From a bacterium (GTDB lineage: Bacteria; Patescibacteriota; Minisyncoccia; Phycocordibacterales; VMGT01), in NCBI GenBank assembly GCA_030697645.1, contig JAUYPI010000006.1:12017-76016 (forward strand): 64,000 bases of DNA. Reading direction: 5' to 3'. The stretch's first letter is position 1. Each line of letters begins with the position of its first letter. Both the position numbers and the translations under genes were made by a program. Positions 1 through 9,777 of the stretch are shown one piece after another. A model generated the notes under the pieces. It did not search any database. It was not told the origin of the DNA and saw only the letters and a list, made by a program, of their open reading frames with translations.

Positions 1-99
1 GGCAAAGAGGAGCCGGATCTCGCCGCTGAAATTTTAGCGTGGCTGCGATAGTTGCAAGCAATCGTTTTTTATTGCGCGCCGGGCGGTAAGTGCTCAAAG

Positions 100-250
100 G
101 GCGTCATTGCGAGCGCTTGGCCGAAGCGGCGAGCGAAGCGTGGCGGGAAGCAACCAAGACATACCGGCCACAAACCCTGGATTGCGGAGCCTGTCCAGAG
201 CATAGCGTGGGATCACTCCGCTCCGCTGCGTTCCTCGCAATGACTGCTCT
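100..250. repeat. Family-3 structured inverted-repeat element, copy 1 (termini GTCATTGCGAGCG ... CTCGCAATGAC)
   Basis: Shares termini and inner motifs (GCGAGCG-GAGCGAAG ... CACTCCGCTCCGCT-TCCTCGCAATGAC) with the copy at 25722-25890. Confidence 0.5.
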
Positions 251-284
251 GTTGCGTGTGTTATTGCAACGCCCTTAAAAAAAC

Positions 285-327
285 TAGAACGCCCGGCATC
301 CATCGTGTTGATGCCGGGCGTGTCGTT
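285..327 (-). terminator. Rho-independent terminator for the minus-strand hydrolase gene
   Basis: GC stem CGCCCGGCATC...GATGCCGGGCG at 297-327 followed on the minus strand by a T-run (plus-strand TTAAAAAAACTAG at 276-290). Confidence 0.45.
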
Positions 328-356
328 GTACACTGCGTTCATTTTTGAAATGTACT

Positions 357-1109
357 TCAGGTGAGTTTCAGAAGCCTCTGCGCATTTCCGCCGAGAATTT
401 TTTCCTTGTCGCTATCCGGGAGCCCGGACTCCTCGACGATCATTTTCTGAACGATTGGGCTATTGGCAGGAAAATCGGACCCGAAGACGACCTTCTCCGA
501 TCCGATGGCTCGTACGACACCTGCCAACCGGTTGGGTCCTGAACAGTATGACGTTTCGAGGTAGACGTTGTCGCATCGCGATGCAACAAACGGAGATGCT
601 GCCTCGGTCATGTGGCCAATAACGATGATCACATCGGGGTAGCGTTTGGCGGATAATTCCACAAACAGCGGATCTCCAAAGGCACCCCACCCGGTATGCC
701 AGAGGATGGGCAATGCAGAGGCACGGGCAATCTCGAAGATTGGTGCCATGCAGGTAGGTTCGGGGTAGTATCCATCAAACACGGGATGCACCTTGATTCC
801 GTAGACGCTGCGCTCGATGAGGGTTTCAGCAAGCGCCTGTTCTGATATGCCACGGGGATCATGCGAGGTGAGCATATGCGGATTAAGCCACACGAAAGGA
901 AATGTACGAGCGTGCGGTTGTGCCGTGATCGTTTCGTTTGCAGATACAAGATCCGCCGGATATACCTGTGGCATGGGGAGGAGGACGGAAGCGTCAATAC
1001 CAGCTCTTTCTTGGACGGCTACAATTTCCTCCAAGGTGATTTCTTTGGTTTGCCGGAAAGGCAATCCTTTGCGGGATGTGCCGAAGTGACAATGAAAATC
1101 GATTATCAC
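357..1109 (-). CDS. Amidohydrolase-2 family (TIM-barrel metal-dependent hydrolase)
   Basis: 250 aa ORF. N-terminal IIDFHCHFG motif and His/Asp pattern typical of PF04909-like hydrolases. Confidence 0.55.
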   Translation of the reverse strand: MIIDFHCHFGTSRKGLPFRQTKEITLEEIVAVQERAGIDASVLLPMPQVYPADLVSANETITAQPHARTFPFVWLNPHMLTSHDPRGISEQALAETLIERSVYGIKVHPVFDGYYPEPTCMAPIFEIARASALPILWHTGWGAFGDPLFVELSAKRYPDVIIVIGHMTEAASPFVASRCDNVYLETSYCSGPNRLAGVVRAIGSEKVVFGSDFPANSPIVQKMIVEESGLPDSDKEKILGGNAQRLLKLT

Positions 1110-1389
1110 GCGCCGCTCCTTTGGTTGGTTGTTGCAGGTCTTGCGAGAGAATAGCGTGCAGCGATGTCGTTGTCAATGAACGCCTTTGATTTCATAAAGG
1201 AAGTTTTATTTGCGACGAATTTCTATTAAACCTCTTGCATAACGCATGCGGAATGCCAAGGATGTTGGCTATTGAAGCGGGGAAATACCACGTTATGCAA
1301 GAAGTCTATTACATACAAACGACCGCCCTGGAAATCAATCCGGGGCGGTCAGTGCCAGCTGGTTATATTCTTGTCAGCTAGTACACGGC

Positions 1390-1776
1390 CTACACATGCT
1401 TCACAAAGAGCGTCGTTGTATCTACGCGAACGAAAGCGTGCCTCACGTTCGCTTGAACGCGGAAGACGGAACCTGTGCCGTATGGCAACGTGTCGTCTTC
1501 AAGGAAGAACAAACCACTGCCCTCGAGCACCATAACCACTACGGGGTAGCGGTGCGCCCCAGGGGTGTAGGAGCGTCCGACGGGTAACCCAGCTAAGACA
1601 TTGGCTCCATATTCTTGGGTACTGCCCAAATCAAGTATCGGCACATTGCCTTCGGGGTCAGAGATGGCGATGGAGAAGCGAATTCTCTCCATGCCGGGTA
1701 CTTGTTCGGTCAACGGTATTGGCATATGATCCTGCATGGATCTTTCCTCATTGTTTTGTCGCAATAAAGCGAACAC
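1390..1776 (-). CDS. Cupin-domain protein
   Basis: 128 aa ORF with a small beta-barrel-like sequence (GxxxH...H pattern). Hairpin terminator downstream at about 1320-1350. Confidence 0.4.
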   Translation of the reverse strand: MFALLRQNNEERSMQDHMPIPLTEQVPGMERIRFSIAISDPEGNVPILDLGSTQEYGANVLAGLPVGRSYTPGAHRYPVVVMVLEGSGLFFLEDDTLPYGTGSVFRVQANVRHAFVRVDTTTLFVKHV

Positions 1777-1990
1777 ATTGAAACGAGATAACCCCCCCCG
1801 AATCCGTAGAGACTATAAACAAAAAGTAAGGTAGTGTCAATAATTTTATTACTCACTCGTTGACAGCGGTTTTGTTTTTGTTTGGAGTGATAAAATTTTT
1901 TGGAATTTTTGTTTATCCACAGGTAGGAAGTTCGCCGCGAGCGTATACTCATAGTAGGATTATTATTTTTCGCTTCATTTTCTCATTTTT

Positions 1991-4291
1991 ATGGTGAAAG
2001 TTGCAGAAAAACCGGTGCAGGCGGCAAAAACCGCCGCAAAAATGGTCGATTTTGTCCACAAAGTGCAGAAGCGCGACGGCTCGATCGTGCCGTTCGACCT
2101 CATCCATATAACGAGCGCTATACATCGAGCGATGCTTGCGACCGGCGAGGGCTCCGAGCGCGAGGCGGAGCTTGTCGCAAACAAGGTTTATGCCGACCTC
2201 GTACGCATCGCGCGGCGCTACACGACCTTCATCCCCACGGTTGAGGGCATTCAGGACAGCGTTGAAAAAGAGCTGATCCTCAATGACTACATCCGCACGG
2301 CAAAGGCCTATATCCTGTACCGGCAGGAGCGCTCGCGCATCAGGGCCGCGAGCGGGGCGGTGCCGGAGCGCGTGCGCGAGCTTGTCACAGAGAGCAAGAA
2401 ATACTTCCGCAATCCGCTTGCCGAATTCGTCTACTACCGCACCTACGCGCGCTGGATAGACGAGGAAGGCCGCCGCGAGACGTGGGTTGAAACGGTGGAC
2501 CGCTATATGGCGTTCATGAAGGAGAGCCTCGGCATGAAGCTAAAGCAGATCGAGTACGACGAGGTGCGCGAGGCGATTATGAGGCAAGAAGCCATGCCCT
2601 CGATGCGGCTTTTGCAGTTTGCGGGGAAAGCGGTCCGCGTGACGAACGTCGCGGCCTATAACTGTTCTTTCATCGCGCCTTCAAAACTACAGGATTTTGC
2701 TGAGATCATGTACGTCTCGATGTGCGGCACCGGCGTCGGGTTTTCAGTCGAGAGCAAGAATATACAAAAATTGCCGCAAATCAAGCCGCAGAGCGGCAAG
2801 AAACATCCGACCTATATCATCCACGACAGCAAGGAGGGGTGGGCGGATGCGCTTACATTCGGGATGAAAGCGTGGTTTTCCGGCGAGGACGTTGTCTTCG
2901 ACTATTCGCACCTGCGGCCTGCTGGCGCGCGCCTCAAGACCATGGGCGGGAAGTCATCCGGCCCGCAGCCCCTGCGTGAGCTCCTTGACTTCGCGCGGCA
3001 GAAGATCCTCCGCAAACAGGGCCGGCGGCTCTCGAACCTCGATGCCCATGACGTCATCTGCAAGATCGGTACCTGTGTCGTCGCAGGTGGGGTGCGCCGG
3101 AGCGCGATGATCTCACTCTCGGATTTTGATGACGAGGAGATGCGCGACGCCAAGAAAGGGCAATTTTACCTTACGGAGCCGCAGCGCTCGGTCGCGAACA
3201 ATTCCGCGGTCTACGAGCGTCGGCCCACGACCGAGGAATTTCTCGACGAGTGGGTCGCGCTCCTGAAGAGCAACTCAGGCGAGCGCGGCATCTTCAACCG
3301 CGGAGGACTTCTCAAAACTCTCCCCGAGCGGCGGGTTAAGTTACTGAAGGGCGTGCCTGATAATATGGGCACAAATCCGTGCGGAGAAATATTATTACAA
3401 AACAAAATGTTCTGTAACTTATCTGAAGTCGTGTGCAGGCCGTCTGACACGGAAGAGACGCTGCTCCGGAAAGTCAGAATTGCCGCGTTGCTCGGCACCT
3501 ATCAGGCGACGCTCACGAACCTACCGTATATCTCGAAAGAATGGCAACGGCACTGCGAGCAAGAGCGGTTGCTCGGGGTTTCCCTCACGGGCCAATGGGA
3601 CTCTCCGGTCGTGCGGAACGCCGAGACCCTCCGCAAGCTTCGCAGAGAGGCTGTGCGCGTCAATCAGCAGTATGCAAAGCGCTTCGGCACGAGCGCCTCG
3701 AGCTGTGTCACCTGCGTGAAGCCCTCCGGCACGCTCTCGCAGACCGTGGACGCCTCCTCCGGGATGCATCCGAGGTTCGCGCCCTACTATATCCGCCGCG
3801 TGAGGATCTCGGCGACCGACTCGCTCTTCCGCATGCTTCGTGATCAGGGCGTGCCCTACCACCCTGAGGTGGGGCAGGGCAAGGACGATGCGACGACATA
3901 TGTGATTGAATTTCCGGTGAAAGCCCCGAACGGTGCGGTTTTTAAGGATGATCTTACCGCGCTCGAACAGCTCGAGCACTGGAAGCTCGTCAAGGTGAAC
4001 TATACGGAACATAACCCCTCCTGCACAATCTATATCGGCGAGGATGAATGGGTTGCCGTGGCAAACTGGCTTTACGAAAACTGGGACATCATTGGCGGCC
4101 TCTCGTTTCTCCCGCGACAGAATCATGTCTACCAGCTCGCTCCCTACGAGGAGATAACGAAGGAGACATTTGAGGAGCTCGCGCGCCGGTGGGAGAACGT
4201 GGACTTCGCTAAAATCGTCACCTATGAAAAGCAAGACGAGACCGAGCAGCAAAAAGAGCTCGCCTGCGCCGGCGGGGTGTGTGAGATTTGA
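1991..4291 (+). CDS. nrdJ: Class II adenosylcobalamin-dependent ribonucleotide reductase with N-terminal ATP-cone
   Basis: 766 aa. ATP-cone (VQKRDGSIVPFDLIHI), TNPCGEILLQ active-site motif, C-terminal CAGGVCEI redox tail. Confidence 0.85.
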   Translation: MVKVAEKPVQAAKTAAKMVDFVHKVQKRDGSIVPFDLIHITSAIHRAMLATGEGSEREAELVANKVYADLVRIARRYTTFIPTVEGIQDSVEKELILNDYIRTAKAYILYRQERSRIRAASGAVPERVRELVTESKKYFRNPLAEFVYYRTYARWIDEEGRRETWVETVDRYMAFMKESLGMKLKQIEYDEVREAIMRQEAMPSMRLLQFAGKAVRVTNVAAYNCSFIAPSKLQDFAEIMYVSMCGTGVGFSVESKNIQKLPQIKPQSGKKHPTYIIHDSKEGWADALTFGMKAWFSGEDVVFDYSHLRPAGARLKTMGGKSSGPQPLRELLDFARQKILRKQGRRLSNLDAHDVICKIGTCVVAGGVRRSAMISLSDFDDEEMRDAKKGQFYLTEPQRSVANNSAVYERRPTTEEFLDEWVALLKSNSGERGIFNRGGLLKTLPERRVKLLKGVPDNMGTNPCGEILLQNKMFCNLSEVVCRPSDTEETLLRKVRIAALLGTYQATLTNLPYISKEWQRHCEQERLLGVSLTGQWDSPVVRNAETLRKLRREAVRVNQQYAKRFGTSASSCVTCVKPSGTLSQTVDASSGMHPRFAPYYIRRVRISATDSLFRMLRDQGVPYHPEVGQGKDDATTYVIEFPVKAPNGAVFKDDLTALEQLEHWKLVKVNYTEHNPSCTIYIGEDEWVAVANWLYENWDIIGGLSFLPRQNHVYQLAPYEEITKETFEELARRWENVDFAKIVTYEKQDETEQQKELACAGGVCEI

Positions 4292-4311
4292 GGGAAAAAA
4301 TCATGCAACAG

Positions 4312-4350
4312 GAAAGCCCAGCACCTCACAAGGCTGCTGGGCTTTTGATG
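4312..4350. terminator. Bidirectional rho-independent terminator between convergent nrdJ and RNase genes
   Basis: AGCCCAGCA...TGCTGGGCT stem flanked by an A-run upstream and a T-run downstream. Confidence 0.5.
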
Positions 4351-4364
4351 ATTTGAGCCGCTCT

Positions 4365-6113
4365 TTATTTTTCCGCTCTTTCTGCTTCGAAAATGAGCCT
4401 CGTGAGAAGCGTGTTTGCGGCGCGTGAGCGCGCCTCGGCGTCCTCTGCAGCATAGGCGACCCCGACGACGCCGATTTTTCGATGCGGCGCGCTTGTTCGC
4501 GCGATGCACCTCGAAGGTCGGCTACCTTCCGTACACTGCGAGACGCTGTAGCGCGGCGCACGCAGACCGCACGCCGAACAGTATCTCCCGAGGTTCTCCT
4601 CCGCCGCGCTATCGGGAAGTTTCGAGACTATGCCGAGGAGCGAGAAGACGGCCTCGTCCATCGCGAGCTCCTTGTCGGGGAGCCATTCGCTCACCGCTGC
4701 GAAGTTCTCACCCGGAAGCTCAATCCGCGCAACACCCATAAATCTGCCCTGGGCGTCCTCCTTTGTTTCAATAATGGGAAGCGGCCAGCGAAGTTCCACA
4801 TGCGCACGCTCAAAGACCGAGCGCACAGAACGGGAACGTTCGGCGAGTGATCGGAGCACATCGCGTTTTGCGGAGCGCCAGAGTATGCCCCCACAGCGCG
4901 CGAAAATGAGTACACAATATGCCATTTCGCTGTCGTTCCCCGAGCGAGTGCGGAGGTACAGGTTCCATTTAAGGATATCGTCGAGCCACGGTTCTTCTCG
5001 AGCCCTGAAACGCAGCTCACGTATAAAGACCGCTCTGCTCCGGCGTGCGGTTTTATAGTCGGCTCTGTAGTACTCTTTTTGATACTGCTCGATGTTCAAC
5101 TCACGTTTGATCACATTAATGTGGGACGCGATCGACGTGAGGACGCGGTTGGTACGGACGTGCTGCTCGCCACGCAATTCGGCCTGAATTGCCTGGTGTA
5201 CCAGAAGGTCCGGATATCGGTGGAGCGGGGAGCTCCAGTGGGTGTGCAGCATATTGAGGGCGCCATGGCCCTCAGGTAGGGGCCCATAGTAGGCCTTGTG
5301 GTAGAGCATTCGTACGCGCATATGAAGACTCTTGAACTCGGGGGGTGGCATGTCTCCGGCATACGCGCGATCGATATCCCTGAGAAGCCGCTCGCGTTGC
5401 TTTTCCCTAATCTTCGTGGTGTGATTCCGATAGAGTATCGGAACGCCCCGCTCGAGGCACCAGAGCGCAAGCGCATTGCTCGCGAGCAAAATGAACTCCT
5501 CAACGATTCGATTTGAAGATAGGGCGCGCGTGTGTAGAAGCCACTTCGTGTATGCCTTCTCGGTGGAGTCTTCACAACCGTCATCTAATCTGTCGAGAAT
5601 GAGTGCGCCGCTGCTGCGGCGGCGAGAACGGAGTCGTTCCGTCAGGTCTCTCATGAGGCGTAACTCGTGAGCAAGGGGATGGATGCACCCCGCGCCTATA
5701 CGATCGGCGTCTTCGAATGAAAGGTTACCGACGTTTTTGAGAAGCGATGGTACCACACGAGTCTCTTTGATGTCGAGGGCGTGTCCAAGCGTCACGATGA
5801 CCGTAATCGCCCGCTGTTCTCGTCTGCCGAGTATCGCACTTCTGATCACTCCCTCGGGTAGCATAAGTTCGGTACCGGCGCCCTTATAGTGCGTAAAGCC
5901 CCTCTGGTACGCCCGCTGGTCAATCCCGGAAAATGGTACCACAAGCGCGGCAACGTCAGCGATGCTCACGGAGACCCGGTAGACGCCGTCGGTCTCTTCT
6001 GCCCATATCGCGTCGTCACGCATTGTTGTACCTCTCTGGTCGATGCAAACTCCTTGTACCGCTTCTCTTTCTGTTGGACTCTCTTGCTCTTGTAACGTAT
6101 ATATTCCTCGCAC
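4365..6113 (-). CDS. rnr: RNase II/R-family 3'-5' exoribonuclease (RNB domain). N-terminus uncertain
   Basis: RNB signature CIDQRGTTMRDDAIW and downstream RNB/S1-like region. The maximal ORF reaches 6455 but would overlap the divergent gene at 6264 by about 190 nt. A GTG at about 6113 with an AGGGG RBS gives an RNB-domain protein without cold-shock domains. Confidence 0.65.
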   Translation of the reverse strand: MRGIYTLQEQESPTEREAVQGVCIDQRGTTMRDDAIWAEETDGVYRVSVSIADVAALVVPFSGIDQRAYQRGFTHYKGAGTELMLPEGVIRSAILGRREQRAITVIVTLGHALDIKETRVVPSLLKNVGNLSFEDADRIGAGCIHPLAHELRLMRDLTERLRSRRRSSGALILDRLDDGCEDSTEKAYTKWLLHTRALSSNRIVEEFILLASNALALWCLERGVPILYRNHTTKIREKQRERLLRDIDRAYAGDMPPPEFKSLHMRVRMLYHKAYYGPLPEGHGALNMLHTHWSSPLHRYPDLLVHQAIQAELRGEQHVRTNRVLTSIASHINVIKRELNIEQYQKEYYRADYKTARRSRAVFIRELRFRAREEPWLDDILKWNLYLRTRSGNDSEMAYCVLIFARCGGILWRSAKRDVLRSLAERSRSVRSVFERAHVELRWPLPIIETKEDAQGRFMGVARIELPGENFAAVSEWLPDKELAMDEAVFSLLGIVSKLPDSAAEENLGRYCSACGLRAPRYSVSQCTEGSRPSRCIARTSAPHRKIGVVGVAYAAEDAEARSRAANTLLTRLIFEAERAEK

Positions 6114-6263
6114 ATGGATACCCCTTTCTTGATTGGGTTTTCTATAATCACAAAGGTCGGCCCCTAAACAATGTCTGAACAGTGTACTGAGCTCTGATTT
6201 CAGAGTACCACAAAAAAAGTTTTTGAGGAAGGCCCTCGGAGCATTGGAATTCCACAGGCTACT

Positions 6264-7520
6264 TTGTATACTAAAAGCACGATGCCGTTTTTTAGCGCCA
6301 CTCACAGAGCCGCGAAGCACCGGCAGGTGCCCGTTGCGCTTTTTGATATCGGAAGCGGGAGCGTGCACAGCGCGCTTGCGTACTTGAGCCGCGGGGAAAA
6401 TGCCGAGGCGCGGCTCGTCTATGGCGCAGGCGAAGACTTTATGTTCCATGAACACGTGCAGGCTGCACGCCTCGACCGAGCGATGTTAGCGGCGCTTGAA
6501 AAAGTTGCCGCCGAGCTCTCACGGGCAGCGCACGAGCGGGGTGAGAGCATTCGGCACGCAATGCTCACGTTTTCCGCACCATGGTATATTGCGGAGACAA
6601 AAATTTTATATTACAAACATGATACGCCGATCGAGATCACGGCTGCGACCATTGACGCCTTGATCGAGGAGGCGTGGCGGCGCTTCGGCACGACTCCCTC
6701 GACAATCCCACACGCTCGCGGCGAGCGGGAAGCAGGAGATGAAAGCACTCTGATCGAGCAATCTATCGCCCGCGTTGCACTCAATGGCTACCCCACCCGC
6801 TCACCGGTTGGGAAGGTCGCGTGCACGCTCGAGATTGCGCTCTACTTAAGCAGGATATCCCGGAGCACCCTTGAGGCAATAGATGCCGTCCTTGCCCGCA
6901 CGATGCCGGGCGCCTCTGCAGTGCCCCACTCTGAAGCACTCGTGCTCTCTTCGGTGCTCCGCGGCCTCTTTCCGGCGCACGAAGATTTTTTGCTCTGCCA
7001 CGTCGGCGCAGAGATGACCGAACTTGCCCTGGTGATCGAGGGGGTGCTACTTGAGACCGTATCATTCCCCTACGGATCGCATACACTCGTGCGGGAGCTC
7101 TCAAGCGCCACGAAGAGCGTCCCTGCGGCGACACTCTCGCTGCTCTCGCTCGACCCAAAAGATATGGATGAGAAAACGACACGTCGTACAAGCGAGGCTA
7201 TCCGCACGCTCGGCGAGCGCTGGTTCGCCGAGCTTTCTCGCTCGCTCGCTTCCTTGACAGACACGCACGGCCTCATGCCAACCTGGTGTATGGTGCTTGC
7301 TGAAAATATGGCAATGACGGAGCGATTTCGGCAGTTTATTCTCGGTGAGGGATCTGCGTCAGCGTTTCTTGGTGGGGGTATACTGCACCCCACGATGATC
7401 CCGGAACAGGCACTTGCGACCAAGCTCACCTGCGAGGTAAGCGCCGCGCCCTGCATGCGCGACATATCCCTTGCCTGTGAGGCAATTTTTGCGCAATCCA
7501 CGCTGTTATCCACAAGGTAG
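6264..7520 (+). CDS. ASKHA-fold Ppx/GppA-like phosphatase family protein
   Basis: N-terminal ALFDIGSGSVHSAL and second glycine motif LLCHVGAEMTELALV resemble Ppx/GppA actin-like motifs. Start may be ATG at 6282. Confidence 0.4.
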   Translation: MYTKSTMPFFSATHRAAKHRQVPVALFDIGSGSVHSALAYLSRGENAEARLVYGAGEDFMFHEHVQAARLDRAMLAALEKVAAELSRAAHERGESIRHAMLTFSAPWYIAETKILYYKHDTPIEITAATIDALIEEAWRRFGTTPSTIPHARGEREAGDESTLIEQSIARVALNGYPTRSPVGKVACTLEIALYLSRISRSTLEAIDAVLARTMPGASAVPHSEALVLSSVLRGLFPAHEDFLLCHVGAEMTELALVIEGVLLETVSFPYGSHTLVRELSSATKSVPAATLSLLSLDPKDMDEKTTRRTSEAIRTLGERWFAELSRSLASLTDTHGLMPTWCMVLAENMAMTERFRQFILGEGSASAFLGGGILHPTMIPEQALATKLTCEVSAAPCMRDISLACEAIFAQSTLLSTR

Positions 7521-7574
7521 CGTTGTTAAGGTATGTATGCTATAGTCCACTTACCTTAATAACGTCGAATATGC

Positions 7575-7680
7575 TTAACGTTTAATTTTCAAGTCTCAAT
7601 TTCCAATTTTCAATCAATTTTCAATTACTCAATTTTCAAACACGACGTCGTTCGTTATTGAAAATTAGAAATTGAAAATT
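7575..7680. repeat. Family-1 AT-rich palindromic element (unit AATTTTCAAT), copy 1
   Basis: Tandem TTTTCAAT units, core CAAACACGACGTCG, inverted ATTGAAAATT units. Ends about 10 nt before the ATG at 7690. Confidence 0.8.
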
Positions 7681-7689
7681 GCACACGCT

Positions 7690-9015
7690 ATGCCTCCTAA
7701 TCCCGTAAACGACGTCACTCCGCCGCGGCGATCTATTCGATCGCTGGTGTTGCCGCACTCAGCAGGGGATCAGAGCGAACCCGCCGCAGGTCGTGGTTCA
7801 GGAGCCGCAGATAACGGAAGCATTGGAGGTAGAGGCCGCGGCACGCGCTACGGTAAGCGGCTGTGGGCCGTGGCTATATTCTCCATAGCGCTTCTCTACG
7901 TTGTTTTCTCGGTCTTTTTCGCCGGGGCGCAGGTGATTATTGAAACGCGTGAATATACCGGCTCGGTAGATGGCACATTCGCCGCATCTGCCGAGGGTAT
8001 GACGGCGCCGCTTACCTACCGGCTGGTCTCAATAGAAAAAGAAGCGACTCGCGGACTGCCAGCGACCGGCGAGGAGTTTGTTGAGCGCAAATCGTCGGGA
8101 ACCATAGTTATCTATAATAACTATGACGAGAAGCCGCAGCGCCTGATCAAGAATACCCGTTTTGAGACGCCGGACGGCTTGATCTACCGGATTGCAAAGT
8201 CTCTAGACGTTCCGGGGAGGAGAAAGGCGGATAATTCACTCGCCAACCGTTTTGATATGGGCAGCATCGAGGCGGTTGTCTTTGCGGATGCCGTAGGCGA
8301 GCGGTACAACATCCCCCAAGGCACGCGATTCACAATCCCGGGCCTTAAGGGCGACCCGCGCTTCGGAGGGTTCTATGCGGAGACGAAGACTCCTATTGAG
8401 GGTGGCTTTGCTGGTGTGGTGAAGACTGTATCAAGCGCGGCAGAGGATGAGGCGCGCCGCTCTCTCAAAGCCGAACTCGAAAGCGCCCTCAAGGCAGAGA
8501 TTACGGGGAGTATTCCGGAGCGCGCGCTTTGGTATGAGGACGGCGCGATTATCCGCTCGCTCTCGCTCGCCAACCGCTGGGAAGGCGACAAAGTGATCGT
8601 CGGCGAGAAGGCGGGAATCCATGCCATGGTGTTCGATCAGGTTGCTTTCTCAAAGCATCTTGCGCGCGCAACTGTTGCCGGTTTCGATGAGGGCGACGTG
8701 GTGATAGAGAATTTTGACGAGCTCGCCGTTACCTTTCTCGAGAAAGAGGCGTTTGATCCCGCGGTAAAGGGCGAGGTGCGTTTCTCGGTTCGCGGCACCC
8801 CGCATTTCAGGTGGGTGTTCGATGAGGCGCGCCTGCGCGCCGACCTTGCCGGAAAATCAAAACGAGCGATTAACACGATCCTTGCGGGTTACCCGGCGAT
8901 AGCCAAGGCTGAAGTTATTCTCCGTCCCTTCTGGGACAGCACGTTCCCAAAAAAGCCGGAGAGTATCGTGCTCATCTTGAAAGGACAGAATTCTGAAGGA
9001 GCGCCAGCTCAATAG
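7690..9015 (+). CDS. Hypothetical membrane-anchored protein (one N-terminal TM helix, large extracytoplasmic domain)
   Basis: ORF track 7672-9015 (TTG inside the repeat). First ATG at 7690. TM segment LWAVAIFSIALLYVVFSVFFAG. Confidence 0.5.
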   Translation: MPPNPVNDVTPPRRSIRSLVLPHSAGDQSEPAAGRGSGAADNGSIGGRGRGTRYGKRLWAVAIFSIALLYVVFSVFFAGAQVIIETREYTGSVDGTFAASAEGMTAPLTYRLVSIEKEATRGLPATGEEFVERKSSGTIVIYNNYDEKPQRLIKNTRFETPDGLIYRIAKSLDVPGRRKADNSLANRFDMGSIEAVVFADAVGERYNIPQGTRFTIPGLKGDPRFGGFYAETKTPIEGGFAGVVKTVSSAAEDEARRSLKAELESALKAEITGSIPERALWYEDGAIIRSLSLANRWEGDKVIVGEKAGIHAMVFDQVAFSKHLARATVAGFDEGDVVIENFDELAVTFLEKEAFDPAVKGEVRFSVRGTPHFRWVFDEARLRADLAGKSKRAINTILAGYPAIAKAEVILRPFWDSTFPKKPESIVLILKGQNSEGAPAQ

Positions 9016-9207
9016 GTAGACAGGCGGCCACACCCGTGCTTCTTTCTCGCGCGGAACGTGGGGTAGATGGTTGCATGCGGTGCATAATGTTGCTATAGTT
9101 TATCCGGCTCGCTTTCACTGTTGCAACCGCATCGTCACTGAAAGGTTATTGAGTCAACATTCTCTCTAATAAAGAGCAGATTTTCAAAAGTGAAAGTGGG
9201 GTTGGAC

Positions 9208-9426
9208 ATGCAGCGATCAGATTCGAGACATGAGGAAAAATTCGGCGTCGTCGAGGAGGCGCTGCCGGACGCAATTTTTCGCGTCTCGCTTGAGGGGGGC
9301 GGGGAATTGAAAGCTTACCTCGCGGGGAAAATGCGCTTGCACCACATACGGGTGCTTGTTGGCGACCGCGTCATTGTTCGAATTGATCCGTATGGAGGGA
9401 AAGGAAGGATAATCAAACGGCTATAA
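9208..9426 (+). CDS. infA: Translation initiation factor IF-1
   Basis: S1-like OB fold. AIFRVSLEGGGELKAYLAGKMRLHHIRVLVGDRVIV matches IF-1. Candidate -35/-10 (TTGCAT-17-TATAGT) at about 9100-9130. Confidence 0.85.
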   Translation: MQRSDSRHEEKFGVVEEALPDAIFRVSLEGGGELKAYLAGKMRLHHIRVLVGDRVIVRIDPYGGKGRIIKRL

Positions 9427-9511
9427 TACCAAGTATATCAATCGCCAAAAAATTGGAATTTGGAAATTTGGTGTCTGGTGATTGTATTTTGGTTATTTGA
9501 GAACCAAAGCT

Positions 9512-9625
9512 ATGCGTGTTCGCTCAACCATTAAAAAGCGCTGCCGCACGTGCCAGATGATACGACGAAAAGGTCGTATGTATATCGTGTGTACCAATCC
9601 GCGGCACAAACAGAGGCAAGGATAG
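9512..9625 (+). CDS. rpmJ: Ribosomal protein L36
   Basis: Hand translation [37 protein letters not shown] (37 aa, zinc-ribbon CxxC...CxxxxH). Below the ORF-track cutoff. Confidence 0.8.
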   Translation: MRVRSTIKKRCRTCQMIRRKGRMYIVCTNPRHKQRQG

Positions 9626-9636
9626 GGTCTTTTTAT

Positions 9637-9772
9637 TTAATTTTCAATGCTCAATTTTCAATCAATTTTCAATGACCCAATTTTCAAACACGACGTCGTA
9701 CCGGCGCCGTCATTAAGTCATTGAAACATTGAAAATTTATTGGAAATTGCAAAATTGAAAATTGAAAATTTC
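9637..9772. repeat. Family-1 palindromic element, copy 2
   Basis: Between rpmJ stop and rpsM ATG. Core CCCAATTTTCAAACACGACGTCG. Confidence 0.8.
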
Positions 9773-9777
9773 GTTCT

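Noticed and set aside
1800-1990. NrdR box or cobalamin riboswitch upstream of nrdJ
   Set aside because: No 16-bp NrdR-type palindrome pair and no B12-box consensus could be identified. The region is AT-rich leader with a weak -35/-10.
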